Source: Acanthaster planci
Taxonomy: Eukaryota
Assembly (NCBI RefSeq): GCF_001949145.1
Contig: NW_019091357.1
Span: forward strand, 1-64,000
Direction of reading: 5' to 3'
Length of the DNA: 64,000 nucleotides
Shown here one piece after another: positions 52,817 to 64,000 of this stretch. The first letter of the stretch is position 1; each line of letters starts with the position of its first letter. The notes beneath the pieces were generated by a model. It was not told the origin of the DNA. It saw only the letters and a list, made by a program, of their open reading frames with translations, and ran no database searches. Made by a program: the position numbers and the translations under genes.

Positions 52817-53803
52817 GGATGCGCTCTGTATAACCTTGCGCCAACTTTCGCATTTATAATTCCTGTATACATGAATGCATGAGCATGCATTTTGCCACTA
52901 GAGATCATAAACATCTATGGATATGATTTCCCTAAACTGTCTCTGAATCTGGGTTATACCTTGACTGTATGATGTATCGTCATAGTTTTGGCATTCACAT
53001 CATGTTTGTTTACCTCCCGACAGTTGAGACAACATTAAAAATGTTGCATGGAACTATGAAACAGGTATTTTCTCCCAACCCTTATCCAAACAGGTATACC
53101 TAAACCCACATTATGTAAACACTAACACGGTTTGCTTTCAAACGTATGTAGAGGGTGTGGAAACTTTAGAAAGGTTTTATCGGTCGACCTATTCCTTTTT
53201 AATGGTAATCTAGAACCTGAACCAACCAAAGTAGGTGAAAGGTATTTACGCGACACAAACACTATCTGAAAGAGAAGTTTCTGAGACCCATCCTGGCTCA
53301 TTGTTGAACTTACCCGCCAAATAATGTACCATACACAATGGTTTTTCCCAGGTCATTTATTAGACTTGACCCAGTCTCTTCAGACAGATTCTACATACCG
53401 GTACACTCTAATCTGAAGGTCAAACGTTTTATTTTAGGCTGTTTATCTACAGCTAAATAAGTGAAAATCGCCAAACTGACGTCTAAATGTATATTACATT
53501 AGAAGTCGTAAATGGCACTGAACACTAAATTAAGTCTAGTCCCCGCTAAATCAATTTCGACTATGGAGTCACTGCAGTCACAGGAGAGAGAGGGAGAGAC
53601 ATTGACAAGTGCCAGTAAAATAAAAAGCAAACTTGAACGACGTCTAAGTATGTATATAAGCATGCGCACATGACATTAGGTGATATCAAGTTGGAACAAC
53701 AGTGTTTCGTAAAAGTTCAGTCGGCCTTATTTTCACATGTAGACTACTCAGAGCTTTACCTTAATCACTGCTTCGTTTGGTTAATTTTTTCGCCATCTTC
53801 AAC

Positions 53804-55461
53804 ATGTTTTTCGGGTTCTGTAGACATTGGCGGAGTAGGAGAGTTTTCGGGGTGCTGCTACGAACTTTGGTATGGCTACAACTCTATGAAGTCATCATGG
53901 GTACGTCTGGAAACCCTTTCAATTGACTAGGATCACGGTCAGAACATAATCTGCTCAACACGAAATTTAAATCATTAAGCTGTACACACACATACGTACA
54001 TTACAAAAGGAGGGATACAGACATTGCTACACACTTCCACTTGTATGTGCAAGTATCATCAGATTTTTTTTAAGGAATGCTGCTTCGTTTTGTTCCTCGT
54101 TCGGAGAGTTTTATAAACCTTTAACATTTACAAGACACAGTGCTTTTTATCTTCTGTTTTGACAGCACAAGCAGACAAAGGATGCCCAGAGTTTACGTGT
54201 AGTCCTCCTCCATCTTCCTTCTCGACCAGACCGAGAATCGGTGAAGAGTCATGCTATCAATACGGTACGTTACTCACAGTGGATTGCCAGATTGGGTTTG
54301 AGCCACGACGGGGACCTGAAAGCGCATTCAACGTGGTTTGCTATCGAGACAACACATGGCAATGGTCGGATTCCTGTGTAATAGGTAGATTCTTTATCAG
54401 ATTTTGACTATGGTCATTATATTAAAAAAAAATACTGTGAGTAAATTAACAGTTAATATTTCAGATTTTTTTGAGCTTGTAATGTCGCCGTTAGGTATTT
54501 TCCTTTGATACCAACATGTCAAACAGGTCAAGAGGTTCTCTTTCAGGGAAGCCGATTTAAAAAAAGAAATTCAAAGCTGGGCTTTTTAACTTTACAAAAA
54601 AGCAGCCTGCGTTTACTGACCGAGGGTTTGGATCTTCTGCCATTGTGAAGTCACTCTTTAGGGATAAGTCACATGGTATGAGTCCGGGGTAAGTCTGGTG
54701 GTGCAAAAGGAATTACTTCTAAGCCTAATGTGTGACTATTGTCTTACAGATATTTTCTCAGTCATCATAGCCGGTATAGTAACATCCCTTGTGGTCTGCA
54801 CCTTCTTTGTGGTTATGTACTGCATCTTCTGCAGGTAAACAACTTCTTCATTCAGGTCATCATGTTGTGTAGAATAATCAACAAACTGGTCATACAAAAA
54901 CCCCAAATAACTCAACCCAACTATCACCCATATTGGGACAATTTGTGATTAGCATACATGACTGTGAATTTGCCATTTCAACTGCATACCCGCACCAACA
55001 ATTTGTCATACTTTCAATCGTCCCTTTTTACATAAAAGGTTTCTGTAAATTGTAACTGAGCTACAAAAATGTTGTTAAACAAATAACTTTGATGAAGGAC
55101 AGTCTATTTAAGACACAAGTTAGCAGAATTGGTACAGACTACTCTAGCATTGGATGCATTAGATAGGGCAACAATCGTGTAGGTTCGATTTGTATTTCAC
55201 GTTTAGTGCATGTGATACATTTGCATTAATTTTGTCTTGAGTCAGATAACTGAATTCATTCCTAGGAAAAAACAAATCAAACCATAATCTTTTTGATACT
55301 AATAACTTCTGATAACTGAAACAAGGAAGAAGATGATTTCTATGAACACATGATTGTTGAACAGTTTTCCCTCTTTTTCATTGTTTCTTTTTAGGAGAAA
55401 ACGTACAGGAAAGGGCAAGGATGCAAAGAATGCTCAAGACCAAATTGTGGATGGCACATAG
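53804..55461 (+). CDS. Gene F: single 6-Cys CCP-variant type I membrane protein with short Tyr-free tail, about 155 aa
   Basis: Exons 53804-53900 (signal-like, less certain), 54166-54384 (GCPEFTCSPPP...SCYQYG...DCQIGF...CYRDNTWQWSDSC), 54750-54834 (TM DIFSVIIAGIVTSLVVCTFFVVMYCIFC), 55395-55461 (RRKRTGKGKDAKNAQDQIVDGT*). 468 nt in frame. Confidence 0.82.
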
Positions 55462-56390
55462 GAAGTTGCACAGAAATCTTAATTGCTTCCTTTCCACATT
55501 ACAGTGGTTTTCATTGATATTAAAGTGCAAAGGTCACATCAGCTTGATCCTTTGACAATATATGTATTTTAATAAGCAATCCGGAAGCTGTTATATTTTA
55601 TTTTAATTTGAATGTAAAACCAGTCTTTTATGTGGAGCTCCTCAAACCTAAACAATGGTATGGTTATCCAATCTTAGACTCAAAATATAGCTATGCTTCA
55701 TTTTCTTTGCGAAATATACCTGTAAAGTTCAATACGAATTATGTAATTTAATTGAGGTCTAGTGCTAGTTCCGATATATGTCTTGTTTAACCTACTTTTC
55801 GTTTTGTATTAATCTCATGCTGGTGTAAATTCCATATTAACGAACAAAAGTGCGATGTCATCCAACGCAGTGATACAGCGACTTTTTCATACACGGGAAT
55901 TGGTTATAATTTATAAAAAAAGACACATTGAGAAAAGAAAGTTGCACAAAACATCTGTCATGTTCCCAAATAATATTCAAATCATGGACCCTTTCGATAA
56001 GCTACTGTTGTCATAGGTGTACTTGGGTGACCCACACATTTCTCTGCAATGTAATTTAGAGTATCCAGTAGAAGAAATTTGTTCCTGTGTTTGTTATGTA
56101 AAATTTCGATATTTTCGAAGAAAACAACAAGCGTTCCTGGGTGTACACAAGCAAAATCTTGTTCCCACATTACGGAAGAAAAATATTGGATTAGCACCCT
56201 CATTCAGCTAACAAATTTTAAACTTTTTCTAAAAATATTGTTCCATAATTTTTGTTCTATAATGGGCGATATAACTTTGGATTGGTCTCTAACGAACAGT
56301 CTCAGATCTCATTTCGAAGTCGGGAGATCTCCGACAAAGCTACTAACACTCCTGACAAGGCGATTGGCAAAACGTGTTCGAATTTAAACT

Positions 56391-56650
56391 AAGCCTGTCA
56401 AGGTCAGCTTGATGGAGGTTCGAATCCAGCTGCGGTAGTAAGTTGTGACCGTTGGCAAGCCACTTCACCCCGCGGCTTGCCTCTCTCCATCCAGGAGTAT
56501 AAATGGGTACCGGCATTAGCTGGGAAGTAACCTGTGATGGACTGGCGTCCAATCCAGGGGAATGGAAATACTCTCAGTCGTTTCATGCCAAGAAACCGGA
56601 TATAAACACCGGCCTGATGAGCCAAACTGGCCTCGGACTAGACTTGCTTT
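56391..56650 (+). mobile_element. tRNA-derived SINE
   Basis: B box ggttcgaatcc, central catccaggagtataaatgggtaccggc block, and a tail ggcctgatgagcc...agacttgcttt of the kind seen in metazoan SINEs. Confidence 0.8.
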
Positions 56651-57136
56651 GTCAAGCCATCGTACCGACTAAAAGGTAATGGAAGGTTCCTGTCATAAAG
56701 CGGTCCATTTCCAAATCTGCTGGGCATTGAGGAGTGGTTCTATGGTTCTGCTTTCACTTCAGAAGTTGTGAAGTGACTGATAATCACATCACCCTGAAAA
56801 GACAAATGAGTTTTATGATCCACGCTTACTCTATTTCGATGCTCATAACAACACAACTTCGAAAAACCCTTCGTATTAATGGAATATCCTGCCTTTTCAA
56901 TCGTGAATAGACGGTTTTTTAATGGGAAGTACGACGTGTTTTTGTTAGGAAATTGTTATTATAATGATTTAATGCAGCGACGTGTTTGCTTGGTTGAGGC
57001 TGTGGACAAAATTTAATATCAGACACGTCTATAGCTATCCTAAGTAAGCCCATGGAAAAGAGAAATTATACACGTCAAATTATCAAATAACAAAACACAT
57101 CCATACACTGCAGCGGCACCACGAGGAAGTGTACAG

Positions 57137-60100
57137 ATGCAGGTCATGGCAGAAAGTCGACCCGGGGTTGGGCGAGTATTCGCCCGGTGGAATCCGGCGG
57201 CGTTTGTTACACTTTACCTTGGACTTTTGTGCATGGATTCGGGTAAGTTTTTGGTAATTGGTGGCCATTTTTCTTTGATACTAAATTTTGTCCATGTTGA
57301 CAATGATGTAGGAAACCCATCACTGCCGAGTATTGGTCTGATGTGCTTGCACTTGAGACCTGTTTCTAATTAATTAGTTCCCAATGTAATTGCCAAAGAG
57401 CTTCAAATACGGAAGTGGAGTGTTTAATTCAATAGTGTGAACTGACACAGAGAACTAGACAAATTCATACGTGAATTGAAAGGTATTGTGGTTTCTGACA
57501 CTAAAATACTCAACAACATTCAGCAGTCGTCAACTTCAGTACAGAACCTACATGTTAATTCTGAAGGAAACATTTCTATTCTAACGGAAAATTAGTTGAC
57601 TCCCGGGTTCTTTCATTCTGCAGCAGGTAAACGTAGATTTCAATTCTCTTCTTCAGAGTTTCGTCCAATCACTTTTTTCGAGAGTTCAAAGTATTGTTGT
57701 ACAGATGAGTTATTGCTCATTGATGAGAATGTAAACAATGTGACTAGTTCAAAGTGTAAAACAAACCCAGGAAAATCGTAAGGCAATCTTGACAATCATG
57801 ATACATGTATCTGGAGATAAAGAGACTCAGTCTCAGAGAGTATCTGAAAACTGCTGCTTAAACTTAAGACTTAAAATAACCTTACAATTATTCAAAAGCA
57901 AAATGTTTTTGTTCTGAGTAGCAACCAATGTTTCAAATACTAACACTATAATTATGCAGCAGTGTTCTCAACAATTACCGGTGATGAAACGCTGTCCTGA
58001 TCCTATCCCCATGCTATGTATGCAAAACCAAAAGGAAAATTGTCAACACTCCAACTAAGCCTAGATCCCTTGTCAAATCTACATTAATTTTGCAACAGCA
58101 TGAGTAAGCCAGTGTCCACCTAATGTGTCCTCGTTCAAAGGACATCATTTCCCCTTAAGTTTGTTTTTGTGTGACTCTTGAGCTCTTATTTATAAGTTTA
58201 ACTAACTGTCAAAGTTCTGCCCGTAAAAATAATTTGTTCTACTTTTCTTTCTCATAATAGCAAATTCGCAATGTCCTGCCGGCATGTGTGAGCGCCCTCC
58301 ATCAACGACAAGCACCCAACCCACGAAAGATAGCATGTGCTACAAGTGTGGTGATTCTTTACTTATAAACTGCAATCCGGGATTTCGGCAGAATGGGGAT
58401 AATTACATCGCCAAGTGTGAAAACGAAGTCTGGACACCAGACAACGGTTGCCAAATAGGTAGGAACAGTTTGAGTCCAGAACCTTTTTTATCAGTGTTGG
58501 ATTTTTCTCACGTCGCAAGCATTGATCCTTCAGTGGGAATCTGATGAAATCACCAGGAGGTATATTAAATGGTCTTATGACATCAACCTATTCAGAATTG
58601 TCCTTTCGTAAGAATGCACAGGAAATTGTAAATTTGTTTTTAAGAATGCAACGTTAACTGTACATTCAGTTAAATAAATGGACAGTTTAACCGTCATTTT
58701 ATAAACAGAGACTTGGCAACGTAAGGTTTGGAGCAAATGGAACATAAAGGCGTGTTTGCTCATTATTTCGTACCCGCAGGCTGTTTCCAACCATGATATA
58801 CGTTTCCTTGTAAACCCTTTTTTTAGATCTCTTCACAATACTGGTAGCCTCCAGTGCGTCTTTGGTAGCGATTCTGATCTTTGCCTTATTCGTTCTGTGC
58901 ATTGTGGAATACAGGTAAGATTCAGTCTCATGACGCTGTGAACAATATTTTATTGAAATATATATAAGGCAGAAAACGCGCCAAGTAAAATTCAAATAGA
59001 GATTTGTCATAAATGGAATAGACTCTAACGTATCTAACTTCAACTTGACAACATTTAACTTTGACAAGAGCTTAATCGAATAGAAGCCCCGTTATCAGGA
59101 ATGACGTTTACAGTTAGCTTTTTTGACGCACACTTAATCCGTATCTGATATTGAACGATATGGTTCCATTCCAATGAACTGTATTTGGGCTCTGACAGTT
59201 TTTGAAAGGAGCAAGGAAACTTCAATTTTAAAGGGTAACAGAAATACAAAACATTTAGTTCACGTGAAGTATTTAAAAAACAATAAACACGTAACCATTT
59301 CAAAAACATCGTAAATTTAATGTTTACCCCATTAATTGTGACAACAAAATGAAAAAAAAAACATGCTTCCCCCATCCCCTTTTGGCCGTTTGCGCTCCCA
59401 GGCTGATTGGATGACGTCTCGCCAGAACGTTGCCATGTACAGTGTACATATACATGTACATTGTGAACAGTACATGCAGCATCGCACGTTTCGATATACC
59501 ATAGCTTGGCCCTCAGGCAATACTTCATGTGAACTAAATGTTTTCTATTTCTGTCAGGAAAGGGCATATTCAGTTTACTCTAAAAGTAAAAATTGAAATG
59601 TCGAGGTAAGACAACAGTTACAAGTAAGCAGTCATTTAAGGTACAATGTACTGCACCCGATAGAGGGATGGTCCCACACCTACTATTCAACTTAATAAGG
59701 AAAGAAACCTAAGAAATATTTGGCATGCATACTATATTTGGAAATGATAGGGACGTCTCCTTTAATGCTGAACACTAGTCTATGTATTCTTTCGAGGGAC
59801 TTAAGCACCAAGTAAAAGTAACAGCTGGAGGGGCTCTTACTCCCTCTACATCCGTGGCTAATCTACGAAGGTGTCGACAGGATTGGATACAGTGAAAAAA
59901 GACAACGAAACATAACAGAATCTTAAATTCCGAAATGAGATAAATTGCCCTTGTTTTTCAGATTCTCTCCAAAGAAGCGTAAACATCACGAAGTGTCCAA
60001 AGCCAACGGGGAAAAGAAGAGACGAGCTCACCAAAACACTGGTTGTGAGGTCGCCAATGGACAAAAAATCGGAAAAAAGCCCGTTAATGACTCTGAGGAC

Positions 60101-60172
60101 TTTGAGGACGATTTCACTGATGACGAAGAAACGTACCATAACACCACTGTTTACGAAAATCAACAATTCTAA
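57137..60172 (+). CDS. Gene G: single CCP-variant (7 Cys) type I membrane protein with basic/acidic YxN tail, about 200 aa; paralog of F
   Basis: Exons 57137-57242 (signal ...AAFVTLYLGLLCMDS), 58261-58458 (QCPAGMCERPP...MCYKCG...NCNPGF...KCENEVWTPDNGC), 58827-58914 (TM DLFTILVASSASLVAILIFALFVLCIV), 59962-60172 (tail ...DDEETYHNTTVYENQQF*). 603 nt in frame. Confidence 0.86.
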
Positions 60173-61269
60173 GTCACGTTTTGATAAAGCATACAACTTC
60201 GGCTTCTAGATCATGCAATTATAAAACAAAGATAATTTAAAAGTTGAAATAATGGTCCTATTTTGTCTTTTACATAAATGAATTCATGACATAAGAGCAA
60301 ATACAGTAGGTATTACTTGTGCTAGATTAGAAGTCACAGTATAAAGTGTACGCATAAGACGACCTTTCCCTTATTAATACTGGAAGAGTTGGATGGGAAT
60401 CATCGCTTTTCTCTCGCCATAACGCTCTTGACAACAGCCTCACAGCTACGTCGTTATACTCAAATTCATGAAACAAAACTTACAGCAACCATTAGTATAA
60501 ACAACGACACCATGGGCTTAGAAATCAAGCAACCGGCTCCATTTGAGTGAAAAAAAAGAGACAGACTTAGCTAGGCCGATTTACATGACAACAAATTGAG
60601 CTGGAAGCTCACGGAACGATATAATAATGCTTCTGACAATTCTACAATATCACACATTGTAGCTCATTGAACTTAGTCTGCGTTGACCTTGGTCCTGACC
60701 CAACTTTAAACTCAACACAAAGTGGCATATTATCCCACATTTTTTCAGTCGTTCTGAACAAACTCCAAAAATGGCACCAAGCAACTTGTGCGTCAGCTCG
60801 AGCCGTAAGCACAGGAAAGCTTATGAGAGGTTATTTTGAAGACAGCCTGCGTATGTCAGTCATTGGAAACGAGCGAATTTTGGCTTAGGCAGAAGTATAT
60901 ATTCCTACTACTTGCCCTAGGTTCCTGCAAACGTCTGTGTATGGTATATTACACGGCCAGTCAACAGGTAAACAAACGTGGAATCAGTATAAACCAAAGA
61001 GCAAGCCTACATTACAATCCATGTAACTAGTGTTTAATCGGAAATCAGACACTGGTGAGGCTTACCCCCATATAAAGATACATGTTTATTTCAAATATGC
61101 TCCTGGAGAACTGAAATAAGAGGAACCCTTTAATGTCTATAATTCAGTTGAAAATTTAATAAGTGAAACATAATAGTCAATTACAAGGTAACTGTTTTCA
61201 AGATGTATTTTTGCGTTGGGGAGATGTTAATTTATGTAACGAGTTTTGCCCTTACCCAGCGTATATATT

Positions 61270-61385
61270 AATAAACACTGTTTCCTCATCAGTGCTTGCC
61301 CGAGAGCTTACGAAAAAAGTCACAAGCTTACTTGGGTGAGACTCGAACCCACGACCTCCTGTTTACTAGTGCAGACGTCTGCCTT
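61270..61385 (-). mobile_element. tRNA-derived SINE fragment
   Basis: gactcgaacccacgacctc is the reverse complement of a B-box region (gaggtcgtgggttcgagtc). Confidence 0.6.
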
Positions 61386-61399
61386 ATTTTATATTGATT

Positions 61400-62810
61400 T
61401 TTGAATATTTTATTTTTCCCCCTATGTTTTGTACAGATTTTTCTAATTAACACTAGTGAACGGGTAGTCTCTTTCTTTGGCGCAAGATTACTATAAGAAC
61501 GAAAGAAAATCGGGTACTTTAAGCTCTGTTATTTGATTTAAAATATGCCCAAGAGTCCAGATATGAAATAATATTTCATAAAAATTGTTCAGTTTAAGCG
61601 CAAATGGCGTGACTTCAACTTAAACGAGCAGTGTTTCTGCAAACAAGTTTATTGCCCATAGACTTTGTACATGTTTTAAAGCCACTATTTTGAAACCTTT
61701 GCGATGTTTGATCGCTAATAAAGTGATGGCCAACAAAAACCCGGATACAAAAATTATTGTAAACAAATGACGTCATGATGATTCATCATGTGATTTAGTA
61801 TTGATTTGTTAACATTTGTACACGTTTTCAAGCCATAATTTGGGTAATTTTGAGATGTTTGAGTTAATGACAACAAAGACCCTGATGAATGAGTTTTGCT
61901 AAATTTATGACCTTATGATGATGTCATCAACTGTTTTTAAATTGATTTTTGGATATTTAATCTTCTTTTATAGGTTTTGTACACGTTTGTCAACAGCCTG
62001 TCTTCGGCACTTTGGCCAATCTGAATTATTTCCTTCAATGTTCACTTGAAGTCCCTAATGAAGAGAGGCTCCCAAAGAAAATTTGTCAACATGACATCAT
62101 CAGGGGTCATGTAACATGAGATTAAACTTGCAGTTTTCTCCATAGGTTTTGTACACGTTTTCTGCTACGCAATATTATCGATTTAATGAGAGTTGTCCTG
62201 AAGTTCGGCTGAGGATTACTATGAGAACGAAAGAAACAATTACACCCAAGAGTCCGAATATTAAATGATATATCAGAATTTTTTCAATATATATGCTAAT
62301 CAGGTGACATGACATTAAAGCTGCAGGTTTTCTCCATAGGTTTGTGAACTCATACATCTGAGTGACTTTGTTTTGGGAGCATAGGTAGTCCATCTACCCG
62401 TGGGGCTGTCAAAATAAAATCGTCACAGTGGCGTCATCAGGAGTCACATGACATGAGATTAAACTTGCAGTTGTCCCCATAGGTTTTGGACACGTTTTTC
62501 AACTGCGCAATATTATCGAGTAGTCCTGAACTTCGGCTGAGGATTACTATGAGAACAAAAGAAAAAAAAAATTCGTTTTCGTTCGATTACAAATATACTC
62601 AAGAGTCCGAATATCAAATAAAATTTTAGAATTTTGTGCACGTTTTTCTGAAGTCGAAGACTGGTACACACTCATACATCTTAGCATTTTTGAATTGGGA
62701 GCATAGGTAGTCCATCAACTCGTGAGGCTGTCAAAATAACATCGTCACGGTGACGTCATCAGGAGTCACGTGACCTGAGATTAAAGTAGCAGTTTGTTCG
62801 TGATTACGAA
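61400..62810. repeat. Internally repetitive element with about 330-bp imperfect tandem units
   Basis: tgac(a/g)tcatcagg.gtcac.tgac.tgagattaaa-like blocks at about 62090, 62430, 62750; ataggttttgtacacgttt and caagagtccgaatat recur. Confidence 0.75.
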
Positions 62811-63393
62811 ACAGGAGAGTCACTCAATTTATAGATTATACAAAAACTTAAACAAGTCATCACACTAAGACAAAACTGGCAGACTGAACATCAACTAAAA
62901 AAGACAGGCAAACTATGCGTATGTATCAATTTTTGAACAAAGACTCTTCCCTGAAAAACCACTCTCTGTAATATCCGTAAATAAAATATTGAAGGCTCTT
63001 CAGGCATTAATTTGTTAAAGACTCACGCTGTTTACAAAACATGGACCATACATACAGAATAATCGAGAACGACCGTTTTATGACCAGTCGTTGGCACTTT
63101 CCTAAAGTGCCTTCAGAATCTTGAGAAGTGCGCTCATTGTGCACAGTCACAACACACATTGATCAAATAATATGTGTGCCTACCACATTGAAAACATGAC
63201 GCCATCATGCAGCACCGGATTTTAAGTCTGTTTGCCCGCAAGCAAACGCAGCAGGCCTGGAATCTTCTGTATCACTTTTCTGTTGATACGTCTGTCTTCA
63301 CGAAACAAGTAACTTTGCTACGTAGTTATTTGAAAGCAACTTGCTTTGAGCATACTTTTCCCAACATTGATTGTGTTAATTTTATCATTTCAG

Positions 63394-63796
63394 TCAGAGA
63401 AGCAGAAGTGATATGCCCCTTCAAGACATAAGCCAGATCTCGACAATTACCACAGGGAGCCACACCGGCAACCCAGTTGAAAATTCCAAATTACCACCAG
63501 AACCGGAGGCAAGACTACTGACAAATACCCATGGGCACCCAACTGAGAATGCCCAACTGCCACTCGTATATTTGTACGTGTCAGATGATTCAGATACTAT
63601 GGTAACGTTTGTTTAAATGTCATGCACCTTACTTTGGATATATCAAATATTAACCAACACCTTTTTCAACTGTTTTCCAATGACGCCATTTAGACATTCA
63701 TCGCAGGAAACGGTCTGCCAGACAGATTACGAAGTGATGGTGAGCGAACATACAACAGATCATTTGTCGAACAGGCCAACCTCGGCACCAAAATAA
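63394..63796 (+). other. Possible orphan cytoplasmic-tail exons
   Basis: Acceptor at 63393 opens in phase 2 into QRSRSDMPLQDISQ...; internal repeat HTGNPVENSKLP / THGHPTENAQLP; a second segment (from 63694 or 63707) reads ETVCQTDYEVM...PK*. No dedicated upstream TM exon found. Confidence 0.3.
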
Positions 63797-64000
63797 GCAG
63801 CATCTTTACGAAACAAAGATAAAAGATCAGGATGTGGCCGTAACGACCTTGTCAGTGCTTACGAGGTATAGTCACGCCGTTATGCTGAATTTGCTCGATT
63901 ACTAATGCCAAACCATGTATGCTATAAGATTTGTTGAAGGGGATGAAATGTACATGTACTTTGGTTGCAAGCTGTGGTAAGATGAGATTGTTAGGTTGTT

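Noticed and set aside
56610..56640. CTGATGAG hammerhead-like core in the SINE tail
   Set aside because: No downstream GAAA or stem III; an ordinary SINE 3' stem-loop.
58827..58914. Charged TM residue for DAP12/FcR-gamma-type pairing
   Set aside because: No Lys or Arg within any TM core; the Glu in G is at the cytosolic boundary.
4934..60172. Canonical ITAMs, or orthology to Kremen, WSCD, SUSD or CD46
   Set aside because: No YxxL/I-x(6-8)-YxxL/I pair found; kringle, CUB and sulfotransferase domains are absent and orthology cannot be shown, so no gene symbols were given.

Overview
AT-rich, intron-containing animal genomic DNA (short TTAGGG-type repeat at the start, DIRS/Penelope/SINE/MITE relics, three N gaps). 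A marine invertebrate, possibly an echinoderm, is an unverified guess. Splicing by hand at GT-AG sites turns scattered short ORFs into a tandem cluster of seven single-pass type I membrane protein genes. A (-) and B (+) are a head-to-head paralog pair: signal peptide, WSC, CCP/Sushi, S/T stalk, TM, long Tyr-motif tail. C is WSC-CCP-CCP-stalk-TM-tail. D is a mucin-like protein with a tandemly duplicated three-exon block. E, F and G are small single-CCP TM proteins. In all seven, every ectodomain intron is phase 1 and the intron after the TM exon is phase 2. All three WSC domains carry an extra C-x6-C-x3-C-x6-C insert with very different intervening residues. The tails range from Tyr-free (F) to rich in YxN, YxxM, ITSM/ITIM-like, PxxDY and C-terminal T-x-L motifs. 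I read this as a candidate diversified pattern-recognition or self-recognition receptor complex; function and novelty are inference. A Penelope-type minimal hammerhead ribozyme in an inverted repeat lies between the starts of A and B. All gene models are manual and lack transcript support.
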